From an uncultured cyanobacterium (GTDB lineage: Bacteria; Cyanobacteriota; Cyanobacteriia; Pseudanabaenales; Pseudanabaenaceae): 64,000 nt of DNA. The number at the start of each line of letters is the position of its first letter. Position 1 is the first letter of the stretch. Shown here one piece after another: positions 1 to 10,534 of the stretch. The stretch spans positions 992,001 to 1,056,000 of the forward strand of contig OY969811.1 in NCBI GenBank assembly GCA_963703315.1, read 5' to 3'. The position numbers and the translations under genes were made by a program. The notes beneath the pieces are model-generated. The model did no database searches and was not told the DNA's origin. It saw only the letters and a program-made list of their open reading frames with translations.

Positions 1-230
1 TGAGTAACCTTGCCATAATCAAATTCTCGCAAAGCGGCGATCGGATTGAGTCCACTAGTTTTAATGCGTTCCTGTGAGGCAGCACTAAGATTCATCGGCG
101 GAATCATTACCTTTTTAGGCGTATTGCTTGCAGATTTATTTGTAACTATGGGACTACAGGCGATCGCGCCTCCCAGCAGTCCCATACTACCAAGACCCCA
201 CTCTAATATTTTTCTACGCTGCCGATCCAT
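1..230 (-). CDS. Partial (5' end) Tat-exported protein, probably a multicopper oxidase
   Basis: Manual translation from ATG 230: MDRQRRKILEWGLGSMGLLGGAIAC...NPIAALREFDYGKVT, running off the window. Twin-Arg signal; 'LREFDYG' resembles cyanobacterial multicopper oxidase N-termini. Not in the ORF track. Confidence 0.6.
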   Translation of the reverse strand, partial: MDRQRRKILEWGLGSMGLLGGAIACSPIVTNKSASNTPKKVMIPPMNLSAASQERIKTSGLNPIAALREFDYGKVT

Positions 231-372
231 TAACTCTAGCTATTTGCAAATAGTTCTTATTTAGGTTAACAGATTGCATAGGTATTTTAAGAATCTCAAC
301 GTTTTACAGCGATCACCCTGCAATTGAGCTTTACTCAAGATATAGAAAATTTTTAAATAAGGGTCTAACACT

Positions 373-1206
373 ATGGTTCAACAAATTTTATTAGCTGTCG
401 ATGGTTCAGGGCGATCGCGCGAAATGATGAATATACTTCTAGCCCTGCCGAACTTTCAAAGTTCACAAATCAATATTCTGCACGTTATTCCCAACTCAAC
501 TACGTCGGAAAGCATCACTGAATATCGCCTTGCAGGTGAAAAGATTATCGACAGAGAAATCAAAAATTTGCGCTTGGCTTCGGGTAATACCACCGTATCC
601 CTGCTCAAAGAAGGTGAGCCTAAAGATGTTGTTAGCAAAGTTGCCGAAGAATTGAAAGCTGACCTGCTGATTATGGGATCGCGGGGGATGGGTCGTTTAC
701 AAGCAATTTTGGCAAACTCGGTCAGTCAATATGTTTTCCAACTGTCTGATGTGCCGATGCTCTTGATTAAAGACGACGTATATATCAAAACCATCCGTAG
801 TGTCATGGTGTCGGTTGATGGCTCGGCTGCTTCTAAAGAAAGCCTCGATCTAGCAATTAAACTTGTTAGTGGTGCTAAGGATGTGGAAATTTTCTTAACA
901 AGAGTTGTTAAACGCAAGGACGATGCAAATGCCACCACTGACCCTGTTCTCGCAGAAGCTAGCGCGAAACTTAAGCGTCTCAATATTCCAAGCCGATCCT
1001 TTATTGGTGCTGGGGATGTCGGTAAAGAACTTGTGAGACTTGCGGATGAATCTAATGCGAGTTTGCTACTGGTTGGTTCTGCCGATCGCCGTCCTTCGAT
1101 CGCCCGTAACTTACCTGACCTCGATCGCTTATTGGGTGCATCAGTTTCTGACTATGTGCGGGTTAATGCCACTGTTCCCGTGTTGCTAACTCGCACGGTT
1201 GAATAA
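373..1206 (+). CDS. Universal stress protein, tandem USP domains
   Basis: Two USP repeats (ILLAVDGS / VMVSVDGS; IMGSRGMG...SVSQYV; GASVSDYV...VPVLL). Confidence 0.9.
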   Translation: MVQQILLAVDGSGRSREMMNILLALPNFQSSQINILHVIPNSTTSESITEYRLAGEKIIDREIKNLRLASGNTTVSLLKEGEPKDVVSKVAEELKADLLIMGSRGMGRLQAILANSVSQYVFQLSDVPMLLIKDDVYIKTIRSVMVSVDGSAASKESLDLAIKLVSGAKDVEIFLTRVVKRKDDANATTDPVLAEASAKLKRLNIPSRSFIGAGDVGKELVRLADESNASLLLVGSADRRPSIARNLPDLDRLLGASVSDYVRVNATVPVLLTRTVE

Positions 1207-1231
1207 AAAAATATGTGAGGCGCTTTGCGCC

Positions 1232-1984
1232 TCACATATTTTCATTAATGCCAAGCGATCGCAGTTTTGCTAACAATAACTCCACCTGTTTTTGTGATTC
1301 ATCAGCCCTTTGACTTTCAGCATCAGCCCTGCGCCTCTCGATACTAGCCATTTGCCTCTCAATCTCGGTTTGTTCCTCAAGACTGAGATAGCGATCGCCG
1401 CGTTCATCAAACCAGCTTAAAACTTCACGCCGCAAAGGATCGGTGGGTAATACACAGCGTCCAATTCCTAAGCCGATCTCTGGCATCCATAGGGGTTCGC
1501 CGATTTGTAATTGGTAAGCTCCATCAACTAATTTATAAACCTCAAAGGGCAAATGTCCATCACGCCGCCAGAACTCAGGATTATAAATCACATAATATTT
1601 CACGCCCAACTTACGATAAATCTCTAGCTTTTCCTCGTACTCATCGTTATAGCTATGAGACACCATTTCCAAAGTCAAGATCGGTGCGGTAAAGTTCTCT
1701 TCCCACATCACATAACTCTTGCGAGACTTTCCGCGCTTACGTCTTTCCACACCTAAGCTCAAGAATCCATCAGGAACTACAGGTACTCTAGGACTTACCC
1801 CTGTATTGTGATATATGCCCATATCCGCGCCAAAGTACCAATCATCGCGACTTTTCCAGATATATTCCAGTAGGAATAGTAGTAAATTGGGTACAAAATT
1901 CTGATCTTCGTTATCCACAGGAATATCATCGGAATCGGGTAATTCGTCACTGGTGGGCAGATGTTGGCGATCTATTTGCAGCAT
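1232..1984 (-). CDS. Uma2 (DUF820) family endonuclease-like protein
   Basis: LPDSDDIPVDNEDQ, VPDGFLSLGV, LEMVS, EKLEIYRKLGVKYYVIYNP and a C-terminal coiled coil. Confidence 0.85.
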   Translation of the reverse strand: MLQIDRQHLPTSDELPDSDDIPVDNEDQNFVPNLLLFLLEYIWKSRDDWYFGADMGIYHNTGVSPRVPVVPDGFLSLGVERRKRGKSRKSYVMWEENFTAPILTLEMVSHSYNDEYEEKLEIYRKLGVKYYVIYNPEFWRRDGHLPFEVYKLVDGAYQLQIGEPLWMPEIGLGIGRCVLPTDPLRREVLSWFDERGDRYLSLEEQTEIERQMASIERRRADAESQRADESQKQVELLLAKLRSLGINENM

Positions 1985-2122
1985 CGGTTAACCCCAAAAG
2001 TATCCTAGCTATTTACTCGTATTATATAGGTATGTATCGGCGGCGCGAAGCGCTGCTTATTTTAGTTAGCTTTGCAGGCATAATCGGAAACTGTGCTTTC
2101 AAAATTTACGTCCTAGCAATTT

Positions 2123-4387
2123 ATGAAATCGCCACAACCCCCTTCCCCACCATCGCAGCCTAAGCCTCCTAAATCTAAGTTGATGACCCAGATTAATCAA
2201 CTGACGCAGGTGGTTAATGGTGTTTTAAAAATTAATCCCAAAGAGCGTGTCCCTAAGTTAGAAGTTCGCCGATCGCAAAAGGATCAGCCCGAAATATATG
2301 ACTTGGTAGGCGATCGCTACATATTAGGACGTAGTACCAGCAAATGCGATATAGTCGTGCAAACGCCCCTTGTCAGCCAAGTTCACGCCCAATTAGTTCG
2401 CGATCGCACCCAAAAGAAAGCCCAGTTTATTCTTCAAGATCAAGACTCAACTAATGGTATTTATCGCAGCAATAAGCAGCGTTTAAAATCCGTGCCATTA
2501 AAGCACAACATGAAAATTACGCTGGGCCCGCCCGAACTCGCGGAAGCTGCCACAATTCGCTATCTCAATCCGCCACCTTGGTATATTCGCACGGTGCAGT
2601 ATACGGGGATTGGTATTGGCGCGATCGCAGGGATGATGATTTTAGCGATCGGTTATGAATTGGGGCGTGTCCCTGATCTCAAGCCTCTACCCGTTACCCA
2701 ACAAGGACCTGTGGAAGTATTGGCTGGTGATGGCGTTAAGCGCCTCGATCCAACGGATATAGCAAATCATACGGAATATGGCAGTTTTGCGGAATTTGGG
2801 AAATTCATTCCCGCCGCCGTGATTGCCTCTGAAGATACTTCTTTTTATTGGAATATTGGGGTTGATCCTGTGGGGGTGGTGCGGGCGATCGTCACCAATG
2901 TTCGCAGTCGCGGTGAGCGCTTAGAAGGTGCTAGTACGATTACGCAGCAATTAGCACGGAATTTGCTAGGCAAAACCTATGTGGGAACCGATGACTCCGC
3001 AGGGCGCAAATGGCGTGAGGCGGCGGCGGCGATCAAACTCACATTTACCTACAACAAGGAAGAGATTCTCCGTTTATATCTCAATCGTGCCTATACAGGT
3101 AATGGGGTGTATGGCTTTAAGGATGCTGCCAAACTATATTTTGGGAAAGAAGCTTCAGAACTAAATCTCTCAGAAGCCGCTACCCTCGTGGGTTTATTAC
3201 CTTCTCCTGAACTAATCAATCCCTTTAAAAATAAGAACTTAGCGATCGAATATCGCGATCGCATTCTCAATCGCATGGCAGAGTTGGGAATGATTACCGA
3301 TAAGGATGCGGATCGAGCAAGGCGATCGGTACTCATTCTCAATGAAGCGGCGAAAACTAAGCTGCAAGGCTCCGTTGCCCCCTATTACTACAGTTATGTC
3401 TTTGAAGAACTGCAAGAGATTCTCGGTGATAACTTTGCCAAGGAAGGCAATGTGATTGTCGAGACTAATCTCGATCTTGCTATGCAAAAGGCTTCCGATG
3501 AGGCACTGCGGGATGCTGTTGCGCGTGATGGTGACAGCTATGGATTTAGTCAAGGGGCGATCGTCACGGTGAATGCTAGCGATGGTTCACTGTTAGCCAT
3601 GACGGGTGGAGTCAATTACCAAGCCAGTCAATTTAATCGCGCCTCCCAAGCCTTGCGCCAACCAGGGTCAACTTTCAAGTTATTTAGCTATGCTGCCGCC
3701 GTCGATCGCGGTATTTCGCCGAGTACTGCTTTTTCTTGTAGTGGCTTCTCTGGGGTTGTTGGCTGTCATAATGGCGGTAGTGGGGCGATCGATATGTATC
3801 GCGGCTTTGCTCTGTCGGAAAACGTGGTGGCGTTACGAGTAGCCGAGAGCGCAGGACTGGATAATGTTGTAAAAATGGCAAAAAACTTAGGGATCACTGC
3901 CAAGCTTGACGCTTCTAGCAATATGGTACTGGGCGGTAATGAGGTGAAAATCTTAGAAATGGCAGGAGCCTACGCTACGGTGGTCAATGAGGGTAAATAC
4001 ATCAAGCCCCATGCGATCAAACGGATTCTCGATAGTGCCGATTGTCAAAATCCTAAAGATCGAAAAACCTGTCGCGTTATTTTTGATGCCAGTACTTTTA
4101 TCAAGCCCCGTCAGGCGATCGATGCAGGGGTGGCAAGTACGATGGTCGATATGATGCGCGGTGTAGTGCAGTATGGTACGGGGCGATCGGCGGCAATTCC
4201 GCAGGGAACTGTGATTGGTAAAACGGGAACTACTGACGAAGGACGCGATCTCTGGTTTATCGGTGCTGTGCCTAGACGCAACCTTGTCACAGCAGTCTGG
4301 CTAGGCAATGATGAAGGGGTAACTAGAGGCTCAAGTGCAGTCGCTGCACAGGTTTGGGGTGATTATATGCGGCAAGCGGTACGCTAG
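2123..4387 (+). CDS. FHA-domain class A penicillin-binding protein (transglycosylase/transpeptidase)
   Basis: FHA motifs (ILGRS, VSQVHA, DSTNG), a TM helix, transglycosylase motifs (SED..F, GASTITQQLARN) and transpeptidase motifs STFK, SEN, KTG. Confidence 0.9.
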   Translation: MKSPQPPSPPSQPKPPKSKLMTQINQLTQVVNGVLKINPKERVPKLEVRRSQKDQPEIYDLVGDRYILGRSTSKCDIVVQTPLVSQVHAQLVRDRTQKKAQFILQDQDSTNGIYRSNKQRLKSVPLKHNMKITLGPPELAEAATIRYLNPPPWYIRTVQYTGIGIGAIAGMMILAIGYELGRVPDLKPLPVTQQGPVEVLAGDGVKRLDPTDIANHTEYGSFAEFGKFIPAAVIASEDTSFYWNIGVDPVGVVRAIVTNVRSRGERLEGASTITQQLARNLLGKTYVGTDDSAGRKWREAAAAIKLTFTYNKEEILRLYLNRAYTGNGVYGFKDAAKLYFGKEASELNLSEAATLVGLLPSPELINPFKNKNLAIEYRDRILNRMAELGMITDKDADRARRSVLILNEAAKTKLQGSVAPYYYSYVFEELQEILGDNFAKEGNVIVETNLDLAMQKASDEALRDAVARDGDSYGFSQGAIVTVNASDGSLLAMTGGVNYQASQFNRASQALRQPGSTFKLFSYAAAVDRGISPSTAFSCSGFSGVVGCHNGGSGAIDMYRGFALSENVVALRVAESAGLDNVVKMAKNLGITAKLDASSNMVLGGNEVKILEMAGAYATVVNEGKYIKPHAIKRILDSADCQNPKDRKTCRVIFDASTFIKPRQAIDAGVASTMVDMMRGVVQYGTGRSAAIPQGTVIGKTGTTDEGRDLWFIGAVPRRNLVTAVWLGNDEGVTRGSSAVAAQVWGDYMRQAVR

Positions 4388-4447
4388 TTAAAGAGAATGG
4401 GTGCGAAGCACCTATTCTCTTAATGTAAAAAGTTTTGCCAAAAGCGC

Positions 4448-4475
4448 TTGACGACTGCCATAGGTGCTGTAGTAT
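4448..4475 (+). promoter_or_regulatory. Putative sigma70-type promoter of the HU gene
   Basis: TTGACG-N16-TAGTAT about 90 nt upstream of the GTG start. Confidence 0.45.
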
Positions 4476-4566
4476 TGATTCCGTCTAATTGATTGAAACG
4501 GTGATTTACACCAATCCAATCCTGAAAAATTACGTCTTAATTTCAAGCGACATAGGAGCTACATTT

Positions 4567-4845
4567 GTGAATAAAGGTGAACTAGTAGATGCGATCGCCG
4601 AAAAGGTATCCGTATCCAAGAAGAATATTGAAGTGATCGTTACTGCTGCCCTCGAATCAATTGTTGATGCTGTGGCTGATGGCGATCGCGTTACTTTAGT
4701 TGGCTTTGGTTCGTTCGAGCCTCGCGAACGTCAAGAGCGTGAAGGACGCAACCCTCGCACTGGCGAAAAAATGATCATCGCTGCTACTCGCGTTCCTGCT
4801 TTCTCTGCTGGTAAGCAATTCAAAGAAAAAGTAGTGGAAGAATAG
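4567..4845 (+). CDS. hup: DNA-binding protein HU
   Basis: MNKGELVDAIA...VTLVGFGSFEPRERQEREGRNPRTGE...VPAFSAGKQFKE. GTG start at 4567 follows an AGGAG RBS, so the ORF-track start 4489 is too early. Confidence 0.95.
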   Translation: MNKGELVDAIAEKVSVSKKNIEVIVTAALESIVDAVADGDRVTLVGFGSFEPRERQEREGRNPRTGEKMIIAATRVPAFSAGKQFKEKVVEE

Positions 4846-4887
4846 ACAAATTTATTAAAGTTGCATAAATTGCAATTTCTAAGCATG

Positions 4888-4916
4888 AAAAAGCCTTGCG
4901 ATCGCAAGGCTTTTTT
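4888..4916. terminator. Bidirectional intrinsic terminator centred on HIP1
   Basis: AAAAAGCCTTGCGATCGCAAGGCTTTTTT between convergent genes. Confidence 0.75.
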
Positions 4917-4975
4917 ACTTTATCTAGATTTTTCTAAGTGTTTATAGTTTCGATCAATATTTGAATATGTTGCTA

Positions 4976-5689
4976 TTAGTCAAATAGTTTTAAAAATTCT
5001 TTGAGTTCACCTAAAGCAGGATGTTCAAAATCCCAAATATGTAGTTTATTTGTCATTACATAATCAAAACCTGACATACTGCATTTTCTCCCAGCCTGCT
5101 CATTCTCCTCACCAATGCAAGTATCAAACCGCAAATAGTTACTAACCCAAAATTTATCGAAATCTTTTTGACTAATTGATTCACTACTAAGTTTTTCTAC
5201 ACAGGTTTTCCATGCTTCAAGACAGTCGGCTTTTGGTGATGGTTGTGATTTAATTGATTTTAGTAATGTTTCTAATTCACCTTTACCGTTGATATTAACA
5301 AAATAGCAAGCTATCTGAAGAGAAAATAGTTTTTGGTCAGATGCAACAAAAGAAATATTTATAAAACTGTTGATTCTTTCAATCTTATCTTGCTGTAATT
5401 GAGGAAAGATGCTTTTAATTGCATTATTTATAAGATCAAACTTTTCTTCTTGAGAATTATCTGCATCTAAAATTATGCCAACCTTAGAGATATCGTTGTT
5501 TTCAGCAGCAGCCTTTATATCTCCTAATTCACCTTTTAGAGAGGATAAACTTAACCCTCCCAAAGTCATATAATCATTATCAGATAGATTTATTTCGAGA
5601 ATCTCTATGTTATGAATATTGAGATAATTTACAAGAGATTGAATAAAGATTTTATCGTTTTTACTTTCAACAATTATACGGTTACTCAC
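4976..5689 (-). CDS. DUF3226-like TOPRIM-fold protein, partner of the ABC ATPase
   Basis: IIVESKNDKIF and GIILDAD (TOPRIM-like E and DxD), GELETLL. The probable GTG start at 5689 overlaps the ATPase stop. Confidence 0.7.
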   Translation of the reverse strand: MSNRIIVESKNDKIFIQSLVNYLNIHNIEILEINLSDNDYMTLGGLSLSSLKGELGDIKAAAENNDISKVGIILDADNSQEEKFDLINNAIKSIFPQLQQDKIERINSFINISFVASDQKLFSLQIACYFVNINGKGELETLLKSIKSQPSPKADCLEAWKTCVEKLSSESISQKDFDKFWVSNYLRFDTCIGEENEQAGRKCSMSGFDYVMTNKLHIWDFEHPALGELKEFLKLFD

Positions 5690-6758
5690 CTCTAACTCTC
5701 CTATCATGAGACAAGCTATATTCAAGCGTTTCTATGTCACGTTTAATACCAATGATCTGCCCAGTTTTAATACTTCGAGCCATCTCAAAATGTGCAGCTA
5801 AATCACTAAATTCACTTTCTAATCCAACTTTAGTAAATGCTGTAAGCATTTCCAAACTATGAGTAGTAGCAAATATTTGTACATTAAATTCTTGGGCTAA
5901 GTGAAATAATACTCTCCATAAACTAGTTTGATTAGTATAGTGAATCCCATTTTCTATTTCGTCTATGAGCAATATATTGCTATTGTTATTAACTATCGAA
6001 AGAATAATAATGGCAATCCTATTAATAGCATCTCCAAATAAAGGCAAAGGTAATCTTTTTTCATTATTGCGCGTTAAATAAAGCATAGGACTTCCTATGC
6101 CAAAATACTCAATTAAATCTATAGATGAATCAACAATCCTCAATCCATTCAACACTTCTTTTTCTCTATAATTAAGCCTAGCTTTATCATATTCATCTGC
6201 GATTTGCTGTTGAGAAAATACAAAACTAGATGGTATGAATGGGATATCATCTTTTCCTAAAGGCTTAAATCCATTTCCTAGAATACCTTGTTTATTAGCT
6301 ATCAACTTACCTTTGAATGTTGTATCTTTGTTGATAACAGATTCTATTTGTATAGCAGATGATCTAGCAGACAAAGAATTTATATGTCTGGTAGTATCAA
6401 TTAAGTTGTTTGATTCTATTAAGTTATCATCATCAATTTCGACAAAAAAACTATTAGTCTGAGCGCTAATAGTTTTAGTATTAGTCTGAATAGAAATTGT
6501 CTTTGATTTATCTTGACTAAAAAACAAATAATCCCAAGCTCTTTCAGGTAAGGTTTTGTCCAACTCTTCAGATTCATGACGATAACCCTTAAGAGATGCT
6601 AGTGTCTCTGGGTACGGAGAGCCGCCTAAAAGTAAAGCTTCTAGAAGTGCTGTTTTGCCTGCGTTATTTTTGCCAGTGATGAGATTGACGGTTTTAAAAC
6701 CAGAGATTGAGGTGTTTTCAAAGCATCTAAAGTTTTGGATTGAGATATCTCTGATCAT
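5682..6758 (-). CDS. AAA_15/AAA_21-type ABC ATPase (defence-associated type)
   Basis: IQNFRCF, Walker A GKNNAGKT, Walker B ILLIDEIENGIH, H-loop TTHS; AT-rich. Confidence 0.85.
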   Translation of the reverse strand: MIRDISIQNFRCFENTSISGFKTVNLITGKNNAGKTALLEALLLGGSPYPETLASLKGYRHESEELDKTLPERAWDYLFFSQDKSKTISIQTNTKTISAQTNSFFVEIDDDNLIESNNLIDTTRHINSLSARSSAIQIESVINKDTTFKGKLIANKQGILGNGFKPLGKDDIPFIPSSFVFSQQQIADEYDKARLNYREKEVLNGLRIVDSSIDLIEYFGIGSPMLYLTRNNEKRLPLPLFGDAINRIAIIILSIVNNNSNILLIDEIENGIHYTNQTSLWRVLFHLAQEFNVQIFATTHSLEMLTAFTKVGLESEFSDLAAHFEMARSIKTGQIIGIKRDIETLEYSLSHDRRVRGE

Positions 6759-6858
6759 GGATTTTATTGCCTAGACATTACAAAATATTTTAATCTGAAA
6801 ACAAGAAAGGGCAGCGCATGGCACTACCCTTTTAATTGCTGGAAATAGCGATCGCAAT

Positions 6859-7299
6859 CTATAGGAAAACCCACATGAGCAATATACCTAAGAGCGAACC
6901 AGCAACAACTTGGGCGGGTGTATGACCTAACAACTCTTTGAGGGGATCATGCTCTTCCTCAAATACTTCCACCATGATTTGATTGAGAACCTTAGCTTGC
7001 TTACCTGCGGCGCGGCGAATACCTGCGGCATCGTACATGACGATAAACGCGAAAACTGTGGCGATCGCAAACTGTGGTGTGTCCCATCCTTGAGTGCGAC
7101 CAATTCCTGTCGCCAATGCCGAAACTAAAGCCGAATGCGAACTAGGCATTCCCCCTGTTTCAAAGATCACCTTCGGTCTGATTTTGCCGAACTGAGCTAA
7201 CTCAATAAATAATTTGAGGATTTGGGCAGTCAGGCTAGAACATAGAGCAATTAGCAGAACTTGGTTATCGAGGATTTCGCCAACAGGATGGATGTTCAT
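6859..7299 (-). CDS. Divergent PAP2 family protein (DUF212)
   Basis: TGGMPSSHSA, VMYDAAGIRRAAGKQA, LKELLGHTP; usual position downstream of crtE. Confidence 0.9.
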   Translation of the reverse strand: MNIHPVGEILDNQVLLIALCSSLTAQILKLFIELAQFGKIRPKVIFETGGMPSSHSALVSALATGIGRTQGWDTPQFAIATVFAFIVMYDAAGIRRAAGKQAKVLNQIMVEVFEEEHDPLKELLGHTPAQVVAGSLLGILLMWVFL

Positions 7300-7358
7300 A
7301 TCAATTGCAACAGTTATTAGGGTAAGAATTAAGGTAAAAAATAGTTGGAGAATACAGT

Positions 7359-8261
7359 CTAGTTTTTCCGAGCAGTGATGTAATCAGCAAGAGCCATAAG
7401 AGGTAAAGCTGCATCACCATAACTTACCAGTTGAGCTTTTGCCTGTTCTACCAAGTCTTGAGCTTTTTGCTGCGAAACCTCGATTCCCCATAGGCTAGGA
7501 TAAGTAACCTTTTGGGCAGCAAGATCTTTACCAGCAGTTTTGCCAAGCTCTTCAGTAGTAGCAGTGATATCGAGAATGTCATCAATGATTTGAAAAGCTA
7601 AACCGATATTATTAGAATAAGTGGATAAACGCTGAATGTCGGTATCATTTGCACCTGCTAGCAATGCTCCACAGATGACACAGGACTCTAGCAAAGCGGC
7701 TGTTTTATGAAGGTGAATGAAGGTGAGTGTATCCGCAGTCACATCGGGCTTACCCTCACATTCTAAGTCAACTACCTGTCCTCCCACCAAACCCGTCGCC
7801 GCTACTGCATGACCAAGATGGGCGATCGCTTTCAAAACTCTTTCCGCAGGTACACCTTTAGTTTGAGCAGCAATAAATTCAAAGGCATAGGCAAGTAAGG
7901 CATCCCCCGCCAAAATTGCAATATCATCACCATAAACCTTGTGATTAGTCGGCTTGCCGCGTCGAAAATCGTCATTGTCCATCGATGGCAAATCGTCATG
8001 GATTAAGGACATGGTATGTACCATTTCCATCGCACAGGCAGTGGGCATTGCCCAAGAACGATCGCCACCGAGCAGTTCACAGGCGGCAAGACAGAGGATT
8101 GGACGTAAACGCTTGCCACCAGCCATCAGCGAGTAGCGCATGGATTCATAAATTTTTTCGGGATAGGTAACAGCGATCGAAGCATCAAGGGCTGCCTCAA
8201 CCTCCTGCTTGAGATCGCGTAAATACTTATCTAAATTGAATGCGACGGTTGGTGATGGCAT
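7359..8261 (-). CDS. crtE: Geranylgeranyl diphosphate synthase
   Basis: [41 protein letters not shown]. Confidence 0.95.
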   Translation of the reverse strand: MPSPTVAFNLDKYLRDLKQEVEAALDASIAVTYPEKIYESMRYSLMAGGKRLRPILCLAACELLGGDRSWAMPTACAMEMVHTMSLIHDDLPSMDNDDFRRGKPTNHKVYGDDIAILAGDALLAYAFEFIAAQTKGVPAERVLKAIAHLGHAVAATGLVGGQVVDLECEGKPDVTADTLTFIHLHKTAALLESCVICGALLAGANDTDIQRLSTYSNNIGLAFQIIDDILDITATTEELGKTAGKDLAAQKVTYPSLWGIEVSQQKAQDLVEQAKAQLVSYGDAALPLMALADYITARKN

Positions 8262-8411
8262 GGCTTAGCAATAATTTCGACAATAATTTAATGTCAGAAC
8301 TTAGGGCAAAATTTCTGACTACATCCAGAATGTATATTATGCAATGACTTGCGATCTATACCCTAAGATTTTATTGATTTCACCGCCTACGGCGGTGAAA
8401 TCAATAAAATC

Positions 8412-9281
8412 TTAGGGGGTAAAAAACTTTTGCTTGTAGCTCAAAAGGGTGTTGTGTAGAAGCATGGTTACGGTCATAGGACCAACTCCTCCCGGCACAG
8501 GGGTAATGTGGGAGGCAACTTCGCTGACACTGGCATAGTCTACATCGCCTACTAAGCGCGATTTACCTTCATTGTCGGTGATACGGTTAATTCCCACATC
8601 GATAACTACAGCATTAGGCTTGAGCATCTCGGCAGTCACAAATTCAGGTCTACCGATCGCTGCAATTAAAATATCAGCTTTGCGGGTAATTTCGGCAAGA
8701 TTTTTGGTGCAGGAATGGGCGATGGTGACAGTGGCATTTTCTTCGAGTAGCATTAGGGCGACGGGCTTACCCACTAGAATGCTGCGACCGATCACCACGG
8801 CATTTTTGCCAGCAATATCAATTTCGGCTTCGGCTAATAACTCCATCACTCCCGCAGGTGTGCAACTCCGTAAGCCTGATTCACCTCGCGCCAGTTTACC
8901 TAAGTTATTGGGATGCAAACCATCGGCATCTTTGTCAGGATCAAGGCGATTTAAGAGGGCGATCGCATCAAATTTGTCGGGCAAAGGCAACTGAATCAAA
9001 ATGCCATCAACGCGATCATCGGCATTTAATTCATCAATAACTTGCTCTAGTTCAGTTTGCGTAACGCTTGCAGGAAAATGTTTGCCAAAGGAGGCAATCC
9101 CCGCTTTATGACAGGCTGTTTCTTTGTTTTTGACATAGGCGGCACTAGCAGGATTGTCCCCCACCATCAGCACGGCTAGCCCCGGAGGACGACCATACTT
9201 CGGTTGCAATTGCGCGACTTCTTCGGCGATCGCCTTTTGCATTTTTTTTGCAAGGGCTTTGCCATCAATAATTATTGCCAT
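8412..9281 (-). CDS. folD: Methylenetetrahydrofolate dehydrogenase/cyclohydrolase
   Basis: [38 protein letters not shown]. Confidence 0.97.
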   Translation of the reverse strand: MAIIIDGKALAKKMQKAIAEEVAQLQPKYGRPPGLAVLMVGDNPASAAYVKNKETACHKAGIASFGKHFPASVTQTELEQVIDELNADDRVDGILIQLPLPDKFDAIALLNRLDPDKDADGLHPNNLGKLARGESGLRSCTPAGVMELLAEAEIDIAGKNAVVIGRSILVGKPVALMLLEENATVTIAHSCTKNLAEITRKADILIAAIGRPEFVTAEMLKPNAVVIDVGINRITDNEGKSRLVGDVDYASVSEVASHITPVPGGVGPMTVTMLLHNTLLSYKQKFFTP

Positions 9282-9370
9282 AGACTGCTATAAAGTTTTA
9301 CTTTGCGATCGTTACCTACTATCTAAACGATTGTATCCCTTGATGTGAAATGATGGCGATTGCTTAGGAT

Positions 9371-9407
9371 TTAGGTTGATTAATTAGGTTGATTAATTAG
9401 GTTGATA
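9371..9407. repeat. Short tandem repeat, 13-bp unit, about 2.8 copies
   Basis: TTAGGTTGATTAA TTAGGTTGATTAA TTAGGTTGATA just upstream of the lipid kinase start. Confidence 0.8.
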
Positions 9408-9410
9408 AAC

Positions 9411-10379
9411 ATGAAACCAGAATCTATGTGTTTGATTTTTAATCCTGTCGCTGGTCAAGGCAATCCTGAACAAGACTTGGCATTAATTAAGTCAATTCTC
9501 GAACCTGCGATCGCCTTAGATGTGCAGATGACCACCCCTGATATCAGCGCTGCCGAACTTGCCAAAAAAGCAGTGGAACTTGGGGCGACTGCCCTGATTG
9601 CTTCGGGCGGTGATGGCACGCTCTCCGCCGTAGCCGATGCTTTAATTGGTAAAAATATTCCCTTGGGGATTATCTCGCGAGGAACAGCAAATGGTTTTGC
9701 CAATGCGTTAGGACTACCAACGGCGATCGCTCCTGCCTGTGAAAGCATCTTGGCAGGACATACTCGCATCGTTGATGCGGCGCTCTGTAATGGTTTGCCG
9801 ATGCTGCTACTAGCAGGTATTGGCTTTGAAGCGGAAACAGTGAAAAATGCAGGTCGAGAAGTTAAAAATTGGTTAGGCATATTAGCTTATGTCGCGGCTG
9901 GGATCGAGCAGTTGGGGAAGATGGAACAGTTTGATGCCGAAATCGAAACTGAAGATAAAATAATTACAGTTACCGCCGCTGCCTTGACGATCGCTAATGC
10001 GGCTCCACCCACATCGATTTTGGCTCAGGGTGTTGCTGGTGTGATTTTTGATGATGGACTTTTAGATTTGACGATTGTAGCGACCAAATCTAAAGCTACA
10101 GCGATCGCCGCTTCCTTTGAGTTACTAACTTCGGCTTTGAGTGGCGAAGCGGTTAATCATCCTGATATTGGCTATCTGCGTGCCAAGAGCTTTAAAGTTA
10201 AAACAAATCCTCCCCAACGTGTAGTTTTGGATGGAGAAATTATTGGTCATACTCCCATTGAAGTAAAATGCATTCCCAATGGATTAGTCATATTTGCGCC
10301 TCAAACTGAACCAACACAGCTTGAGGAAAAGCTTGAAGGTTTGCCAAATCTAACGGTTACGCTCAAAGAGAATATGTAG
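9411..10379 (+). CDS. YegS/DAGK family lipid kinase
   Basis: LIFNPVAG, SGGDGT, GTANGFA, LDGE. Confidence 0.9.
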   Translation: MKPESMCLIFNPVAGQGNPEQDLALIKSILEPAIALDVQMTTPDISAAELAKKAVELGATALIASGGDGTLSAVADALIGKNIPLGIISRGTANGFANALGLPTAIAPACESILAGHTRIVDAALCNGLPMLLLAGIGFEAETVKNAGREVKNWLGILAYVAAGIEQLGKMEQFDAEIETEDKIITVTAAALTIANAAPPTSILAQGVAGVIFDDGLLDLTIVATKSKATAIAASFELLTSALSGEAVNHPDIGYLRAKSFKVKTNPPQRVVLDGEIIGHTPIEVKCIPNGLVIFAPQTEPTQLEEKLEGLPNLTVTLKENM

Positions 10380-10380
10380 G

Positions 10381-10534
10381 TAGGACTTACGCAAACTAAC
10401 CAAGAACTCAAGTTCTTGGCTTAAAGCTAAAGTCAGCTAAAGCAGACTAAAAAGGTTACTCTGATCAACCCGTTTCAACGGGTTTAAGCTTTCAGCCCGC
10501 AATTTATTGCAGGGCTACTGCTGCGTAAGTCGTA
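10381..10534. mobile_element. MITE-like element with 13-bp terminal inverted repeats
   Basis: TAGGACTTACGCA (10381-10393) and TGCGTAAGTCGTA (10522-10534, one mismatch); internal palindromes AACCCGTTTCAACGGGTT and GCCCGCAATTTATTGCAGGGC. Confidence 0.65.

Noticed and set aside
46..264. 72-aa plus-strand ORF
   Set aside because: The opposite strand carries a better frame with a Tat signal.
2123..4387. FHA-PBP fusion as a novelty
   Set aside because: This architecture is already known in cyanobacteria.
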